A stretch of 62,879 nucleotides of DNA, counting the filler, from Psammoneis japonica (Eukaryota): assembly GCA_008632985.1 (NCBI GenBank). It is 5 parts of 5 records of this genome, joined end to end, with 100 filler letters (N's around TTAATTAATTAA, not from the genome) between each part and the next. Parts side by side here need not be neighbours in the genome. Positions count along the whole stretch, not along the records: positions 25,572 to 38,274 come from QPGO01000511.1; positions 38,375 to 50,584 come from QPGO01000512.1; 3 more parts are not named here. One strand, given 5' to 3'. Positions 25,572-39,683 of the stretch are shown piece by piece. The position numbers and the translations under genes were made by a program. The first letter of the stretch is position 1. Each line of letters begins with the position of its first letter. The notes under the pieces are model-generated. The model had not been told where the DNA came from and did not search any database. It worked only from the letters and a program-made list of their open reading frames with translations.

Positions 25572-26479
25572 TGGCCATTGAGTTTGATAATGTCTTTTAA
25601 TTCTGGTCCACGAAGTATGGTCACTAGCTCATGTGTAATGTACTTTACATATTGCATCGCAGACGTGTCAAGCCGACTCGTTCGCAATGATTTTGCAAAC
25701 TCTAGAAAACCATATAGAGACGATGGGTTGGCATTTCTAGTACTATCCTTATCTGCTGCTGACATCACTGCTGGAGTAACTTGTACTGCTGGAGGCTTTA
25801 TCTCCATGTCAGCCGGAGATTGCGGTGTGGTTGCAGCTGCGGTTGCAGGCTCTGAGGAAGAATGGCGGTCTTTTTCTGCTGACGGTTTTGTTGCTTCCTT
25901 GTCTCGAGGAGTCTTCAATAGAGAAATAGAAGATGCATTGTTCACATCTCTGAGGAGGCGGTTGAATGCCCTTTCATCTCTTGTTTTGGATACAACCGTG
26001 CTGTAGATCTTGCGTTCCGTTACTTTGGTGAAGTCGTGATAGTGAGGGGCGGTGCAGGTGTCGCCATGCCCGGAGTCCTCATGGCTCATATCCACTGTGA
26101 CGAAGAGCCATTTTCCAATGGGCCTTGTACGTAACTCAGAGAATGGGAAGCTAAGGATGTTCATCCATTTACTCTTAAATGCCCGTAGCATGTCGTCTTC
26201 CGCAACGCCAACTTGATCGAGAATGTGAACGGCGTCAGGGTGCTCCTCTCTAGCTTTCTTACCCATTGTGACTAGGAACCACTTCTTTCCCGGCTGAAAT
26301 GTTGTATGGCGATTAGGGTCTTGCACATGAGTGACAAAGACTCGAAGACGGGTGCAAATGTCCCTTTTGAGGGCTTCTAGGTCGTTGCTGGCGGCTGCCG
26401 ACGGAGCTGCTGCGGCGGCACCCAAAGTGGAGTTGTTATTTCCCGTCTCCTGAATAATATCATAGCGATGTTTTTGCAC
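25572..26479 (-). CDS. Hypothetical protein (3' end runs into gap)
   Basis: ~300-codon ORF of normal composition (Tyr present); no recognisable domain. Confidence 0.5.
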
Positions 26480-26719
26480 GTGTTGTTAGTGTTGTCATAT
26501 AACAGCAATAACAAGCCGAAACATCGGCGTGGAACGCATTACTTTCGATAAACGACATCGTCAACAGAAGCGGCACTCACCATTTTTTTTTGTCGCGGTG
26601 AAGTGCGGAAAAAATGTTTTTTGCGGTGGCCCCTCAGCCATGATATATGTTATTCAACTATTTATATTCCTGGTACAAAGTTAATTTTTCTACGCTACTA
26701 TGTCGCCGAAAAAAGCAAA

Positions 26720-28255
26720 TTTTGGCGATAATGGACAGCTTGTCGAGTTCATTTTTGGCATGCCAGTATAAACTGTACATATATTCTACGTACGTAATTT
26801 CACGTAGGGTCATACTGAAATGGCAGTTGCCCATCAGCTCATTCAAATTTTGCACGACGCCAACGGCACTTTCACGATGATGATGCGGCGGCGGCGGCAG
26901 CACTTTCCCGCAGCCATACCACAGCACATCTTTCTTGACGTGACAATATAGATGATTGTTGATGACTGATTCTGGAGAATGGCCCGTTTTGCACAAACCA
27001 CAGGAGTTTTGTTGATGCATGAACAACACACGGTTGGCCTGTCAACTTGTTCTTACGGCTATGTTTCTGTGGATGTATGAACGGCATGCGGCGCCTTTGT
27101 ACTACTGACACTTGTAGTGGCTGGATCCTTTGTATTATTGCCACTTGTGGTGGTTGAGAGCCTTTGCACTGCTGCAGAAGGATGGTTGGAGCGTTTGTGC
27201 TGCTTCAGAAAGATGGTTGGAGCCTTGGTACTACTGCCACCTGTTGTGGTTTGAGACTTTGTATTGCTACCACATGTGGTGGTTGGGAGCCTTTGTACTG
27301 CTACATAAGGATGGCTGGAGCCTTTGTACAAATGAAGTAGGACAGTTGGGGCCTTTGTGCCACTTCAGAAAGGACGGTGGGAGCCTTGGCACTGCTGCCA
27401 CCACTTTGTATTGCTACCACTTGTGGTGGTTGGGAGCCTTATTCTGCTGTTGAAGGATTGTTGGAGTATTTGTCCTGCTTCAGAAAGATGGTTGTGGCCT
27501 TTGAACCACTTCAGAAAGGACAGTTGGAGCCTTTGTACCAGTGCTAGACGACTGCTGCCTGTGGCAGTCGGAGTCTTTGCATTGCTACCACGTGTGATGG
27601 TTGGGAGCCTTATTCTGCTATTGAAGGATGGTTGGAGCATTTGTCCTGCTTCAGAAAGATGGTTGTGGCCTTTGTACTACTTCAGAAAGGATGGTTGGAT
27701 CCTTTGTACGAGTGCTAGACTGCTGCTGCCTGTGGCAGTCGGAGTCTTTGTATTGCTGCCGCTTGGAGTGGTTGGGAGCCTTATTCTGCTATTGAAGGAT
27801 GGTTGGAGCGTTTGTGCTACTGCAGAAAGATGGTTGTGGCCTTTGTACTACTTCAGAAAGGATGGTTGGAGCCTTTGTAAGAGTGCTAGACTACTGCTGC
27901 CTGTGGCAGTCGGAGTCTTTGTATTGCTGCCGCTTGGAGTGGTTGGGAGCCTTATTCTGCTATTGAAGGATGGTTGGAGCGTTTGTGCTGCTGCAGAAAG
28001 GATGGTTAGAGTATTTGTATTAAGAAATCCCATATGTAGAAACAATGATGTAGTCAACATCGAAGCTTCAAATCGTAGCCTACTGTACTGTTGCGCCATC
28101 GTGGTTTCTCACGCGCACGTCGTGCTGGTTATTTGATGCATCTTCGAGATCGCCGCATACAGCTACACAGAAATGAGTATGTAGAATCCTACACGGGTTT
28201 GTACTGGCATGCCAAAAATGAAACTCGACAAGCTGTCCATTCGCAAAAATGTCTG
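26720..28255. mobile_element. Foldback-like non-autonomous element: ~95-bp imperfect inverted repeats flanking a minisatellite with 171-bp units
   Basis: atggacagcttgtcgagttc.atttttggcatgccagta (~26730) is inverted at ~28202-28241. tgggagccttattctgct recurs at 27431, 27602, 27773 and 27944. Confidence 0.65.
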
Positions 28256-28366
28256 TGCATGGCATGCTGTGCACAGCGCGAGCGGCGGGGACAGTCCATG
28301 AATGACGTCAATGTGACAACATGATGCGCATCTGTCTATCCTATCTAACAACAAAATTTTTCAGTC

Positions 28367-28790
28367 ATAAGCAGTGTGCACCTAAATTTTGTGGGAAAAA
28401 AACCGTTAAATAATTAAGTGGATGAATATGTTTCAATGATCATATCTCTCCCTCAAACACTATCATCCGAACAAACCCTCAGTGTCTTACCCCCCTTTTC
28501 ATATACGAGGAATTTGGTTCTGCTGTTCGTTTTCTCCGATAACGCGATTTGGGAAAACAGCCGTTAAATTTATTAGTGAATGGATATATTTAACNGGTTT
28601 TTTCTCAAATCGCGTTATAGGAGAAAACGAACAGCAGAACCAAATTCCTCGTATATGAAAAGGGGGGTAAGACACTGAGGGTTTGTTCGGATGATAGTGT
28701 TTGAGGGAGAGATATGATCATTGAAACATATCCATCCACTTAATTATTTAACGGTTTTTTTCCCACAAAATTTAGGTGCACACTGCTTAT
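28367..28790. mobile_element. ~424-bp near-perfect palindrome (MITE-like hairpin, possible TA target site)
   Basis: Arms ~28367-28567 and ~28591-28790 are reverse complements with a few mismatches (ATAAGCAGTGTGCACC..GGTGCACACTGCTTAT). Single n at 28595. Confidence 0.7.
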
Positions 28791-29384
28791 TGCCAAAAAT
28801 TTCCGTTGCTTTGAATGTCTATATGAACTAAAAAGAGGAAGAAAATTTCAACCGAATCAAAATTGATACTGTTGGACAAAAATGTTGGTATATTAAAGCC
28901 GACTTTACATACACACTCTATAGCCAAGTAACGTTCTTTAAATATTAATATAGTTAATGTCTTTTTACCTATATTAAATTTTCAACATTCACACGAATAA
29001 CTGAGATGCCAACCGGCAGCAACCCGCGCCGCCAGCATACAAACAACACGCCATACTTACTGCACTGCAACAGCAACGCCGCACATTGGGCGCCAACAAT
29101 CCAAGACCTGCAAGTACGTGAAGAGACGACCCAACGGCAATCGGGTAGTCGTGTGTTGTGTGTGTGTGTTTTCTTTTAATGTGGGCGAGGCATTGTGCCA
29201 ACAACAAGAACGAGATTGACTACTCGGTTGATCACCACTCCAACGTACTATTTTTATTATTTTCGTCGGTGGTAACCTTTGACTTGTGGTACAACTTCTA
29301 CGTGGTTTCTACGCCGTATTTGTTCTGGAGTTGAAAAACGCTAAACGAGTGCTTTTGAAGTAGTTTTGAACGAGAAACACAACC

Positions 29385-32300
29385 ATGAGAGCAACAACAA
29401 CAAAAACCATGATACTCAAATGTCTGCTATATCTACTTTTATTGAATTGTTTTGCTTCTGCCCAAATTGTCAGTGTCGGTCCGTTTGTGGATACCGACAC
29501 GTGTTATGGTGCTCTGAGTGCGTCCGACTGTTGTCCCGATGACAACTTGATTGATCGTCAAGAATATGTCACGTTTGTTCAACTCTCGGGTCCCGACGGA
29601 TTCTTGGAAAATGTTACCTCCTTTCCGGAATTGCCGGTGATTTTGCAACTCAATTTCAATGCCCTCGCATGTCTCTGTACCAATTTGGAGGGAGCCGCCG
29701 ATGATTGTTGTATCGGTGACAAGGCACGCATCAATATCACGGGTGTCGATGAAGGACAAGTGACACCCTATCTCTTTTCTGTCTGTCTATTTACCGACAC
29801 CTCGATCAATCGCGTCATCTCCAGCAATGCACCCAGTGCCTCACCGACAATCATGCCTTCGTCTGCACCCAGTCTTGTTCCGGGAACACCCACCATGGCA
29901 CCCACCACGAGCGGCCCCACGTTGACGGCGGCACCTTCGTTGGAAACGACACCGGATTTTGAAACCGTCATGGTGCCCTATCCCATTGCGGTACAAGATG
30001 GATTGGTACAAGAGGTGGATCCCTCGTCGTATACGGACGATTTGATTGCCGCCATGAATATGGTGGCCACCAATGTCGCGCTCTCAGAATTTCGAATGCG
30101 ACGACGACGACAATTGCGTGTTGCCAACCGACGATTGGCTGTCATGGTGCGAACACCCACGGCCATTACAGGAACGATTGTGATTCGTAAGTAAACAAAA
30201 AAGAACGTGTACAGAGGCTTGCCATTTGCATATGACACTCACCCACTCTCTCTCTCTCTCTCTTTTCTTTTTCAACAACACAGCTTGTCCGGATGGCATT
30301 CCCGATACAGACGAATGCCGCGAAGTCAATCACATGGTGATTCTCGAGATTACCGACGAGGACGATCCGGCTGCGGTGCGGGATGCCTACCAACAAGCCT
30401 TGACGGAAGCCATTTTTGTCAATGGTGATTTGCAAACGGCCCTGACGGTTGTCAACCCCAATTCTGTCGTGCGAATCTTGTCTCCCGCCGACGCACCGAC
30501 TCCGGCACCGGCACCCGACGGTGGCATTTCGGGGGGAGGCATTGTCGGGATTGTCATTGCTGCATCCGTCGTTACCATTGCCGGTGTCGGGTACTTTGTG
30601 TTTCGTCGCAAACGTGCGCAAGACAAGGATGACGATTGTCCGTACATGCCTTCGACGGAAGACAAGGCGGCCGTGTTGGGTGCCGGAACGGCATCGTATG
30701 GCAAGGGAAACAAACGCAATGATACCGATACCGAATTGGCTGTTGCGTCCGCAGCCAAAAAAACAGACGATTCCTCTTCGAATGCAGGATCGAGTGGATG
30801 GTCTTCGTCGGCGGGTGTGTCGAGTCTCAATTCCGAACAAGACGATGCACAACGAGGTGCGAGTTTGGCAGCCATGGGAGTGGCGAGTGCACGATCGGCC
30901 AGCAAGATTGAAAGCGGCGACGTGCCGGACGCGACGGTGATGCGTGCCGATTTGGACAGTGCCATTGATTCGGGTGATTGGGCCGCGGTCGGTGCCACGG
31001 CGTCACTCTTGGCGGCCGCATCGGATTCGCAATCCCATTCCTCCAAGAGCCGCAAATCGGGCACGTCTGCCTCGAGGGGTGGATCGTCCGCCTCGTCCAT
31101 TGACGCGGCGCGTGTGGCCGAGTTGGATCACTTGGTGGATGCCGGCGATTGGGAGGGTGTCGTCTTGGCGGCGGCCCGGTTTGAAAAGTCCAAAGGAGAG
31201 TCGTCCACGTCGAAATCGGAATCGATAAGCAAGAATTCCGGTTCGCAGTCGGGTTCCGCGACGCGCAGTGGAACGGTTGGATCGTCCGAGTATTATACGG
31301 GTTCGTATTCGGGTACGGGAAGTGGTAGCTATGGCACCTCCTCGGGATACTCGCAAGGCGAAACCACCAGTCTCAGTGACAGTCCGAGCAAGCAGGCGAA
31401 GCGTGCCGAGATTCGTAATGAAGTCGAGGCACTGGTGCGTCGTGTCGTGCCGGACGAGATTGACAATTTGGATGAAATGATGTTGCAGTTCCGTGGACGC
31501 GAAGAGGAATTGGTGGAGACCTTGAGGACCATGCAGGAACGCAGCATTGCCCAGCGTGCAAGGGCGGCGGACCGCCAGAGTGCCAAGATTCAGGCGCGCG
31601 ATGAGGTTCGTAAAGCGAGGCAGGGTGATAACGCCGCCGCAGCAGCGGCGGCTGGAGGCGGTTTTGACGGAGGATTGTCGGGAGGAGCCGTGGCTGGTAT
31701 TGCCGCGGGTGCGGCAGTTGGTGGAGCAGCGCTTGGTGCGGCCGGAGCCGCTGTAGCGGCCAAGAGCAAAAAGGATGATAAGGACGATAAAGCGAAGGCT
31801 GCACCGGCTCTCAAGTCGGAGGACGAAGGCGGCACGGCTGAGACGGAGCGAAAGCGCAGGAGAACAGCGCTCGAGGAGGCTATTGATGCTGGTGACTGGG
31901 AGGCTGTCGGGGAAGCGGCTGCCATGATGAGTGATGCGAGTGTCACAACGGCGTCGTCGCGGTCCGTTCCAGCCTCGTTGGATACAGACGCGAGCAGCCG
32001 AAAGAAGAGGACCGGTGTCAATGCCGAGCGTGCGGCAGAGCTTGACGCGTTGATTGACAAGGGTGACTGGACGGGAGTCATGGCTGCGGCGGGTAACTTT
32101 TCCAAGACAGAGAGAGAAGGCAAGAGCATGACTAGCAGTAGTCCCGATACGAGCCGGGACGATGGCAAGAGCACGGGTACTGGTAGTGGCGGAAGCAAAC
32201 GAAGAAGCTGGTTTGGAAGGAAGAAATCGGATACTTCAGCCGGCAAGAGCGACGATGCCAGTTCTGGATCGTCCAAGGCCAAAAAGGCCAAGGCATTAAA

Positions 32301-32529
32301 GGAGGAACAGGATGCACTGGCTCAAGCGGAGGTTTGGATGCAGATTGCGGAACAGAGCAAAGCAGAAGGATCAACCGAGGAAGCCGGCGCGAGTGATGCT
32401 GCCGATTGGGCGATTGCAAGAAGTTTGTCCGCTCTGCGACATGCCGAAGCGGGCGGGGAACTCAAGGGAGATTCCGTAAAGAAACCAGCCGACGATGAAG
32501 CAGTAAGCACTGGTGACAAGAGTGTTTGA
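29385..32529 (+). CDS. Type I membrane protein: signal peptide, Cys-rich ectodomain, TM helix, long Ser-rich tail with repeated xxxGDWxxV helices (intron 30187-30283)
   Basis: In-frame GT-AG intron joins ORFs 29385 and 30226. TM IVGIVIAASVVTIAGVGYFVF-RRKR; four GDW motifs; EVEALVRRVVPDEIDNLDEMMLQFRGREEELVETLRTMQER. Confidence 0.88.
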
Positions 32530-34289
32530 GGCTAATCATTTCGTTCTTTGTGTGTGTAGTGTGGTGCAACTCCCTGGTAGTATGCAGTGTGTTTTTTGTG
32601 CCATTTGTGATTGTGAAGCAGAATTATCTTAAGCGTTCGTCGAAACTCTAATAACATGAATTAAGTTCTTTGAGCAGCCTTTATTTTGTATTTTCGTGAT
32701 TGGCACCGAGAGGTAGTTGTTGATTGCATCGAATTCGAGTAGCTAGAGAAGTGTCTATTACGCACAGCAGTGGTGTCGAAAACAACGGTAAACTCGATTG
32801 CGGTGTCATTGCAGGGCCCCACTGTACATAGGGTCCTGCTAGCTAGTAGAGCATGGCTAGTAATAGTTGTCCATGACAGAATTGCTGCTGGTCAGCTCTC
32901 GAGACCACACGTGCTGTGCTGTAAGATAAGAGCTGCGGTGCGATGCTGTCTCAACGCAAAACGACAATTCTTGGAGAAATGTGAGCACCACCGTACTTGA
33001 CGGTGAATCTACAGCATGTCTCGAAACACAACATGCCAAGGAGATTTGTTGGGTGCTGCCAATCAAATCCAACAAAAACCACCCATGGCCATGGCTTCAC
33101 ACGGGACTCCATTTGCTTCAGATTCAACCTTGACAGTCAAAGTTCCATTGAAGCAAGCAATGCCCTCAACACAAAAATTGAGAGAAACATTGCCGGATGG
33201 AAGAAAAATGGTCACACCCTGTTCAAGATGGAGAGCTGCCAAAGCAGACAGACCGTCCCAAACAGGAAATTTCAGCAACATTGACAGCCTCATCATGGTG
33301 TTGTTTGAAATTGAAGAAAGGGGATTGACAGAGAAGCAACATTGCTGGTTGAAGCTTGCAAACTGAGTTCTGCCTCACACCTGCCCTGTGTGACATAATC
33401 CAATCTTTGGCATGTCCTACTCTGCACAGCCAGCATGGAGAAAATGCATGGACAGCTGCTTGAGAAAGGCAGTGTGCAAAGAAGATTGAATTGTTGCCTT
33501 TGTGGGTAGAAAATGTTGTGAAGCCAAGCAGCGATCCACATCAATTTTCCCATTTCATGGACAGCATTGTTGAAAAACATCACGCAAAAAAATGGCAACA
33601 AAGGGTGCTGGATGCACTGGTGCAATTTTGTCTGACATGCCCACCTTTGCTTCTTTCCTTGAATGCATTCTTTGTCATCATGCACACTGTCATCATTCAC
33701 ATCTTTGTCCAAAGGAAAAGCAACTAAACAGCAGCGAGGCACTGGATTTTGGCACAAAAAGAGTGGGGTTGCTTGCGTGGACACAATCATTTTCTGCGGC
33801 AACTCCACTGTGGACAATGATGCTGAAAAAAAAAACACTCAGCCATCAGAGGCCACAACACAGTGGCTGTCACTTTCCTTTTGCCAATTGTTGTCTTTTA
33901 ACAGCACACAAATGTGTCCATTGTTTGACATTTTTGCTTTAAAAACATTTGCATGCGTTGCATTTAATTTGTCCGTTTTGTGCCACTTCATGTCAACTGT
34001 TTTTTTTTAAATGAATTTTCCCAATCCATTTCAACTGGCCTTCTTTTTGATTTTCACATGTTTCATTTTGACAACATTGTCAATTTCATTTTTGTCATTG
34101 ATCTTTGACAGTGGTCATCAATGGCTCCACCCCCTGCATGCGCCACCCGCAGTGGCTGGTGTCCCCTGTGTGCCCAAGTCCTCCCCTCTGCACTTCTGGC
34201 CTCACAATTGTCTCCAGCACTTTCCATGATCTCATTGCATCTGTCACTGCCTGGATTTTAGTGCACATTGCACATGCATGACATTCTGC

Positions 34290-34850
34290 CTGTTTCACAA
34301 CAGTGCATCCTCTCCCCAAAATGCTTTTGACCAGAGCATGCACTGTTGTGATTCATGCACCTTCCGCGTGAATCACCAACTGTTTTTTGGCCATGGCGGT
34401 CAACAAGTTTACCCCGTCCCATGACAAGGTCAATCCTGACCCTTCCTTCCAATCCATTCATGAGTTTGACTTTGATGAAACAGAACATTTTACCAATGGT
34501 TTTGGATTTGAATTGTTTGGACCCAAGCTCAAAAGCACAACTGCAATGCGTGCATCCAAAAAGCAGTTTTCGGAGACAACAAGTTCATCCCCCTCTCCAG
34601 AATTCCTTGCCCTTCCCTTCCTTTGTCACAAGCTGAAGTTGCATCACATTCCACATGTTGCAGATGTTGTCCACACCAATGACATTGTCAGGAAAACTCT
34701 TGGACACCCTGACATTTGGTCCTGCATCAGCACTCACGGTTGGTCCTTAAAGAAATCACGCACGCTGAAAGGTGAATGTGTTCTTTGATGTCAAAATTTG
34801 GAGGAAGCTCTCTGTTTCTCCAAACCACCTGGAGAGACAGGAAAAGAACA
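34290..34850 (+). repeat. Decayed coding segment with an inverted paralogue at ~39730-40690
   Basis: PEFLALPFLCHKLKLHHIPHVADVVHTNDIVRKTL versus PEFLVLLFLCHKLKLRCIPCVAKVICTNNIVGKTL; also EHFTNGF..FGPK..SKKQF in both copies. Confidence 0.85.
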
Positions 34851-37800
34851 GGATTGCTGCATTGTGCTTCACCACAACATCAAGGCGATGGTGGAATTTG
34901 TCCACATGACAATCACCGGCAACGACCCAAATGATCCCATCTCTGGCAAGCCTTGTTTCTGCTTTTTCAAATGCAAAAATCTCACAGCATTGATCAACAA
35001 TCAAGCCCACAAAATGCACGGTGCATGCTTTGTCACCAACATTGTCATGCACCACGTCCAGTGCAAACCCAAGGACATGGATTGTTGGTTCATGCAGATT
35101 TTTTGCCATGTCAACACCCAAAAGGAATGGCATTTGTTCATCAACAGCTTTCTGGTCACACGTTTTTTCCAACAAACTGGGTTCCCAGGAGGATGAGATC
35201 AAGGGGTTCCTTGGAGACAAAATCGGCAACATTGAGAACTCTGTGACAATGGCAGGTGATTCCCTTGCATGTTGCGAGGCTTGCAAAGAAAAAATCAATT
35301 ACATGTTGAATGATGAATTTGGGAAGCACTGTCCCCAGGAGCAACCAGGCATTCGACCCAGGCACAGCAAGCTGCTCACAATGCTTCACAGCAGAATGCA
35401 TGATCAGAGGGCTGACTGCATGGAAGACGATGACAAATGAGAGTGCAAATCCAAAGCCAAATGGAAAATGAGGAGGATCCACAAAGTTGGCACCTGCTTG
35501 CGTGACAGCAAGCCCCCACCTTGGCCTCAATTGCCTGCCTGCATCTGTTTTCTCATGAATCCTTTCCTCCGTTGATTGTGTGTGTCCCAACAGAGGCTTC
35601 CTTGACCATCCCCAAAAAGAAGGACAAGACCGCATTGCACTCGAAACCGGCACATCCTTCATTGTCTGGTGATGTGCCATCGTCCAGGGAGGCACACCGC
35701 ACTCTCACTGCCGACCTTCCGACATTTTCGGAAATCATGGACCCCGGAAAACATCCTCCCCCTGCCAAAGTTCTTCCTTTCAATGCATGTTCTTCTTGGT
35801 GTGGGGTTTCCACCAATCGCCCGGCCATTTTGTCCTCCCCCCCAACCCCAAAGACATGTTGTGGCTGGACCAGTCTGCCATCCGCCAGTGCTTTGACCCA
35901 TCCAAGTGTCCACCTGTCACCTCAGAGGAAGTTGCTGCCCATGTGTCATGCCTCCACATCATTGACAAGGCAACTGACACCAAGCGTGTGCTGCATCATT
36001 CTGCTGCAGACTTTTGCCAAGCAGACAACTTGTGGGAAAACTGGCACACATTCTCCAACAAAACTCTCTTGAGCGATCACACCACCGCATCCCGTGTGCA
36101 AGCTGAGTGCCCTCCTCACCTGGACCACTGCCCGGAGGAACTCTCCATTGCCCGACAAGCAAACGCCATGCACAGAAGACACTTTGGGTCTCTTTGTGCA
36201 TGCATTCCTGCCCTTCTTCTTTTTATTTTGTTGAAGGGTGAGTCCAACCTAAAACAAGATGGATGGGTTGCAGTTCAGTCCGGCAAAAGATGAAGGATCA
36301 AGTTTGGTTGTGCTGGGCAGTCACATCATCCAAAGGAGCCCGGCTCTGCCAAGTCTGACAAACCCAAGGCCACCTGCGGTCTCAATGTTTTTCCATCCTC
36401 CTGACAAAAACTTTGATGTGAATGAGTCATCCAAAATCAAGGCCATGGTGGCAGACATTCTCGACTTGGCTCAGCTTTGAAAAAAACAAGGCAGAGCTGC
36501 AGAAACTCAGGAATCTGCCACCATTCAACTGGTTGCTTTGGTGCAAGGAGCATTCCAAAGTTTTGTGCGACAAAATGGGTTGCCCACTCTTCCTGCAGGA
36601 GGATGTCACCATGCAGGGACTGTGCATTTCCCGTGGTCAATTCTGTGGCAGACGCTTTGACAACAAAAACTGCACCTGGCGGCAATGTGGGAAAACAGCC
36701 GCTGGTTGTTTTCTTTGTCATGGGTGCCTTTGGCAACATGTGGTTGTTCAAGGCAGTCACCAATGGCAGATCTCCCACTGGTCAATGCCATGACAATGAG
36801 TGTGACATGAAGCCAATGCTGACTTGCATGCACCACAATCAAGCTCAGCTGGACTTTGTTTTTCAAGACTTGGACCTGCATCACAATGGTCCATCCCATC
36901 CTGATGTTGCCCTGTCCACCAGCACATTCAAGCATCTCTTGCCAGACAACAACAGGCTGTGGGCCAATGTTGCAATTGGCAGAGGCAGCAACACGGGACT
37001 TCCCAAGGTGTGCACAGATCAGCTGAAGTTCCCTACATTCCCCATGAGGGACTGTCACTTGCAGGCTCCTGTCACTGTTCTTTGCCATTTCAAGAACATT
37101 GTGTGCAAATCAGGCCCTGACCCGAAGCGAGTCATCAGACTGGCGATTCTGGCAGGTCATCTGAGAGGATGCCACCGTTTCTGCCATGTTGGGGACAAGC
37201 ATCTGCCTGACCCATGTTGCGAAGGCACAGACCCATTTCTTCAATTCACCAATTGTTTGATGAATGAGTTCAGCGTGTTGTTTGGCAACCCACAGGTGGG
37301 ACAGATCAGCCCAACCAATTTGACATGCGAGAAGTTTTCTGATGTCTTTCTTGACGAAAGGTGCGCGAGAATGGCAAATGACCTGGTGGACCTCATTGTC
37401 AACAAAATCTGCACACTGGCAAAAATTTGAGAAGCTGACATGCTTTGTGGACAAAACAAGAGAACAAATTGTGGCAGCAGAGTGTGGTGCAGCTTTCAAC
37501 AAGGTTGACTGCTTGATGAAATTGACAAGCTCTAACAGGAGTCTACACACCAACAAGGAGGGGGGGATGTGGTTAAAGGAGGGGAGGAGGGAACACACAG
37601 ATGACCCGCACCTCTGCCGTGACTCTGCATGGACATGTTTTGCATGTTCCATTTTTCTGAAGAATGGAATCAAATGATGATGAGGAACACCAGACAGTGT
37701 GGGAGGAGCTGTGGAAAGAAAGATGCAGGTTGATGCATGATGTGTGGAACAACATGAAAGAGTGGAGTGATGAAGCAGTTGAGCACATGCACTCAACCAC

Positions 37801-39104
37801 CCGCATGTTCTCCACATTTGACACAAGAGACTTTGTGAACAATGCCCTCAATTGTGGGTTTACCATGCACAAGTGCAAGGAGTGTTGGGACTGTGTCGCG
37901 AATCACCAGGACAGGTGGGGCATGAGGCACTGTGTGCACAGTCATTGCCACAAAGATGGGTGGAGTCAAATGAGAGATGAGTTCGCAGTGGGATCCGTGG
38001 GCTAAATGGAGTTTGCCATGGATGTGGATGACATTCATGGTTTGAGGGACAAGTCACTCATCAGCTTGCCGACTTGTTGAGTGGATGATGAAGGAACGTG
38101 CGGACCACTTGGACAAAGTTCAAGGTGGGGAGGAATGTTCCAACTGGTGATGGACAAAGATGGGATCACCTTTGATGCCCCAACACTGGCAAAGTGATTC
38201 AATCATGATGTGAGATGTGACATGCCTGACAACCTTTGGTTTTGTGATGGACTTGAGTTCTTTTGTTTGTCACCNNNNNNNNNNNNNNNNNNNNNNNNNN
38301 NNNNNNNNNNNNNNNNNNTTAATTAATTAANNNNNNNNNNNNNNNNNNNNNNNNNNNNNNNNNNNNNNNNNNNNGCAAGCAAGCGCTGAGTGCAATTTTT
38401 GGGGGCACCATGTCTCCATTGTTGTTCTGGAGCAAACAGCAAATGGTGTTGATTTGGCTGATGCAGCCAACGTGCACGTGCACCTTGACAATCTGTCGCG
38501 CTGCATTCTGACATTTTGGAATGAAAAGAAGTGCTTGCATTTGCATCCCTCTGTCACAACAGAAATGTGCAAGCTTTCCCTGGCCCTTTTGGAGCAGTCG
38601 GTGGGTGAGTGAAAGCAGACCTGTTGAAAGATGCAGATGACGCCATTTTGACACCATTTTGATGCATTGTCATCTGGTGGTGTCCTTGTCATTTGTGATG
38701 AAGTGCCATGCTCTCTGGTTTTGCAGAGCGCGCATCAGTGATCTGCCCCCCTTTTCAGTGGCAATTTTTGTTCCTTTGGCAGACAAAACATTTGTGGTTT
38801 CAAACCTCATCAGCTGCGCAGCTGGCAATGAGTGGTTGCCTGTGCAAGACAAATGATTTCTGCCAGGAAGCCCAACTCTCAACTGTCAAATCACTTGTGC
38901 CACCAAACATCCTCCTTTGCATCCTGTCAATGTACGAGCCCTCTTTTGCTGCAGAAACTGACAATCAACAACATTTTGGTTTTTGCATCACAAGCTGAAA
39001 TTTGAGTGACAATGCTTTCTGTGCATTGACTTTTGTTCCGCTTTCCTCAATGAACTCTGAACATTGCTTTTGCTTGCACACACAGTGCATCAATGAACAC
39101 CAAA

Positions 39105-39683
39105 TCAATGCTCTGTTGTCTGGCATTTTTTAAGTTGCAACAGGCTTGCACTGCAGCTCAGCTCACAGCTTTTGTTGTCATTGTCCACTTTGCTGTCTTT
39201 GTTTTCTTCCTCATTGCCTCTGTTGTTTGGTTTGTCCATTTTCTCTTCATTGTCTTCATTGTCGCCAGAAAGCTCTGTTGTTGCTTGTGTTCTTGTCTCC
39301 GTCCCCACCAGCTTTTCAGTGGTTTGGCCCTTTCTTTTTCCTTTTCCTTCACTCTCCTTTTTCTTTGCATTGGCATGCCATGTGTCGAGCTGCACATCTG
39401 GCTCACTTGCCCTGTCATCCTTCACCTCCCCAAGCAGGGCAGTGAGTTGCTTCATTCCACCATCCTTCCAAGAGTCACGCTGATGCAACGGGTCTGTGTG
39501 CAAGGGCGCCGGTTTTGTTTCCTTCTCCTCCTCTTTGCTCCACTCTTCCTTTCCCTCTTGCTTGGATTTTTGCTCCCAAACCTTCCAGCAATTTTCCAAT
39601 GCCAACAGCACCATTGCCTGGTTGCTTGCCATGACCAGCTCTGTGACCTTTGTGTTGCCTGACTCCGCCATCCTTCTCCACAT
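39105..39683 (-). pseudogene. Decayed ORF of a multicopy, probably transposon-associated diatom protein family
   Basis: ASNQAMVLLALENCWKVW...PLHTD...SWKDGGMKQL..L..VKDDR resembles an SDEA..LL..ENY...W / YT / GW..EG...DR pattern I recall from repetitive diatom hypothetical proteins. Family assignment not verified. Confidence 0.45.

Noticed and set aside
27431..28010. 171-bp period as alpha-satellite homology
   Set aside because: Length coincidence only; no sequence resemblance seen and only about four units.
30387..32519. Long antisense ORFs (also 54554-55143 and 56902-57888)
   Set aside because: Shadows of real coding sequence on the opposite strand.
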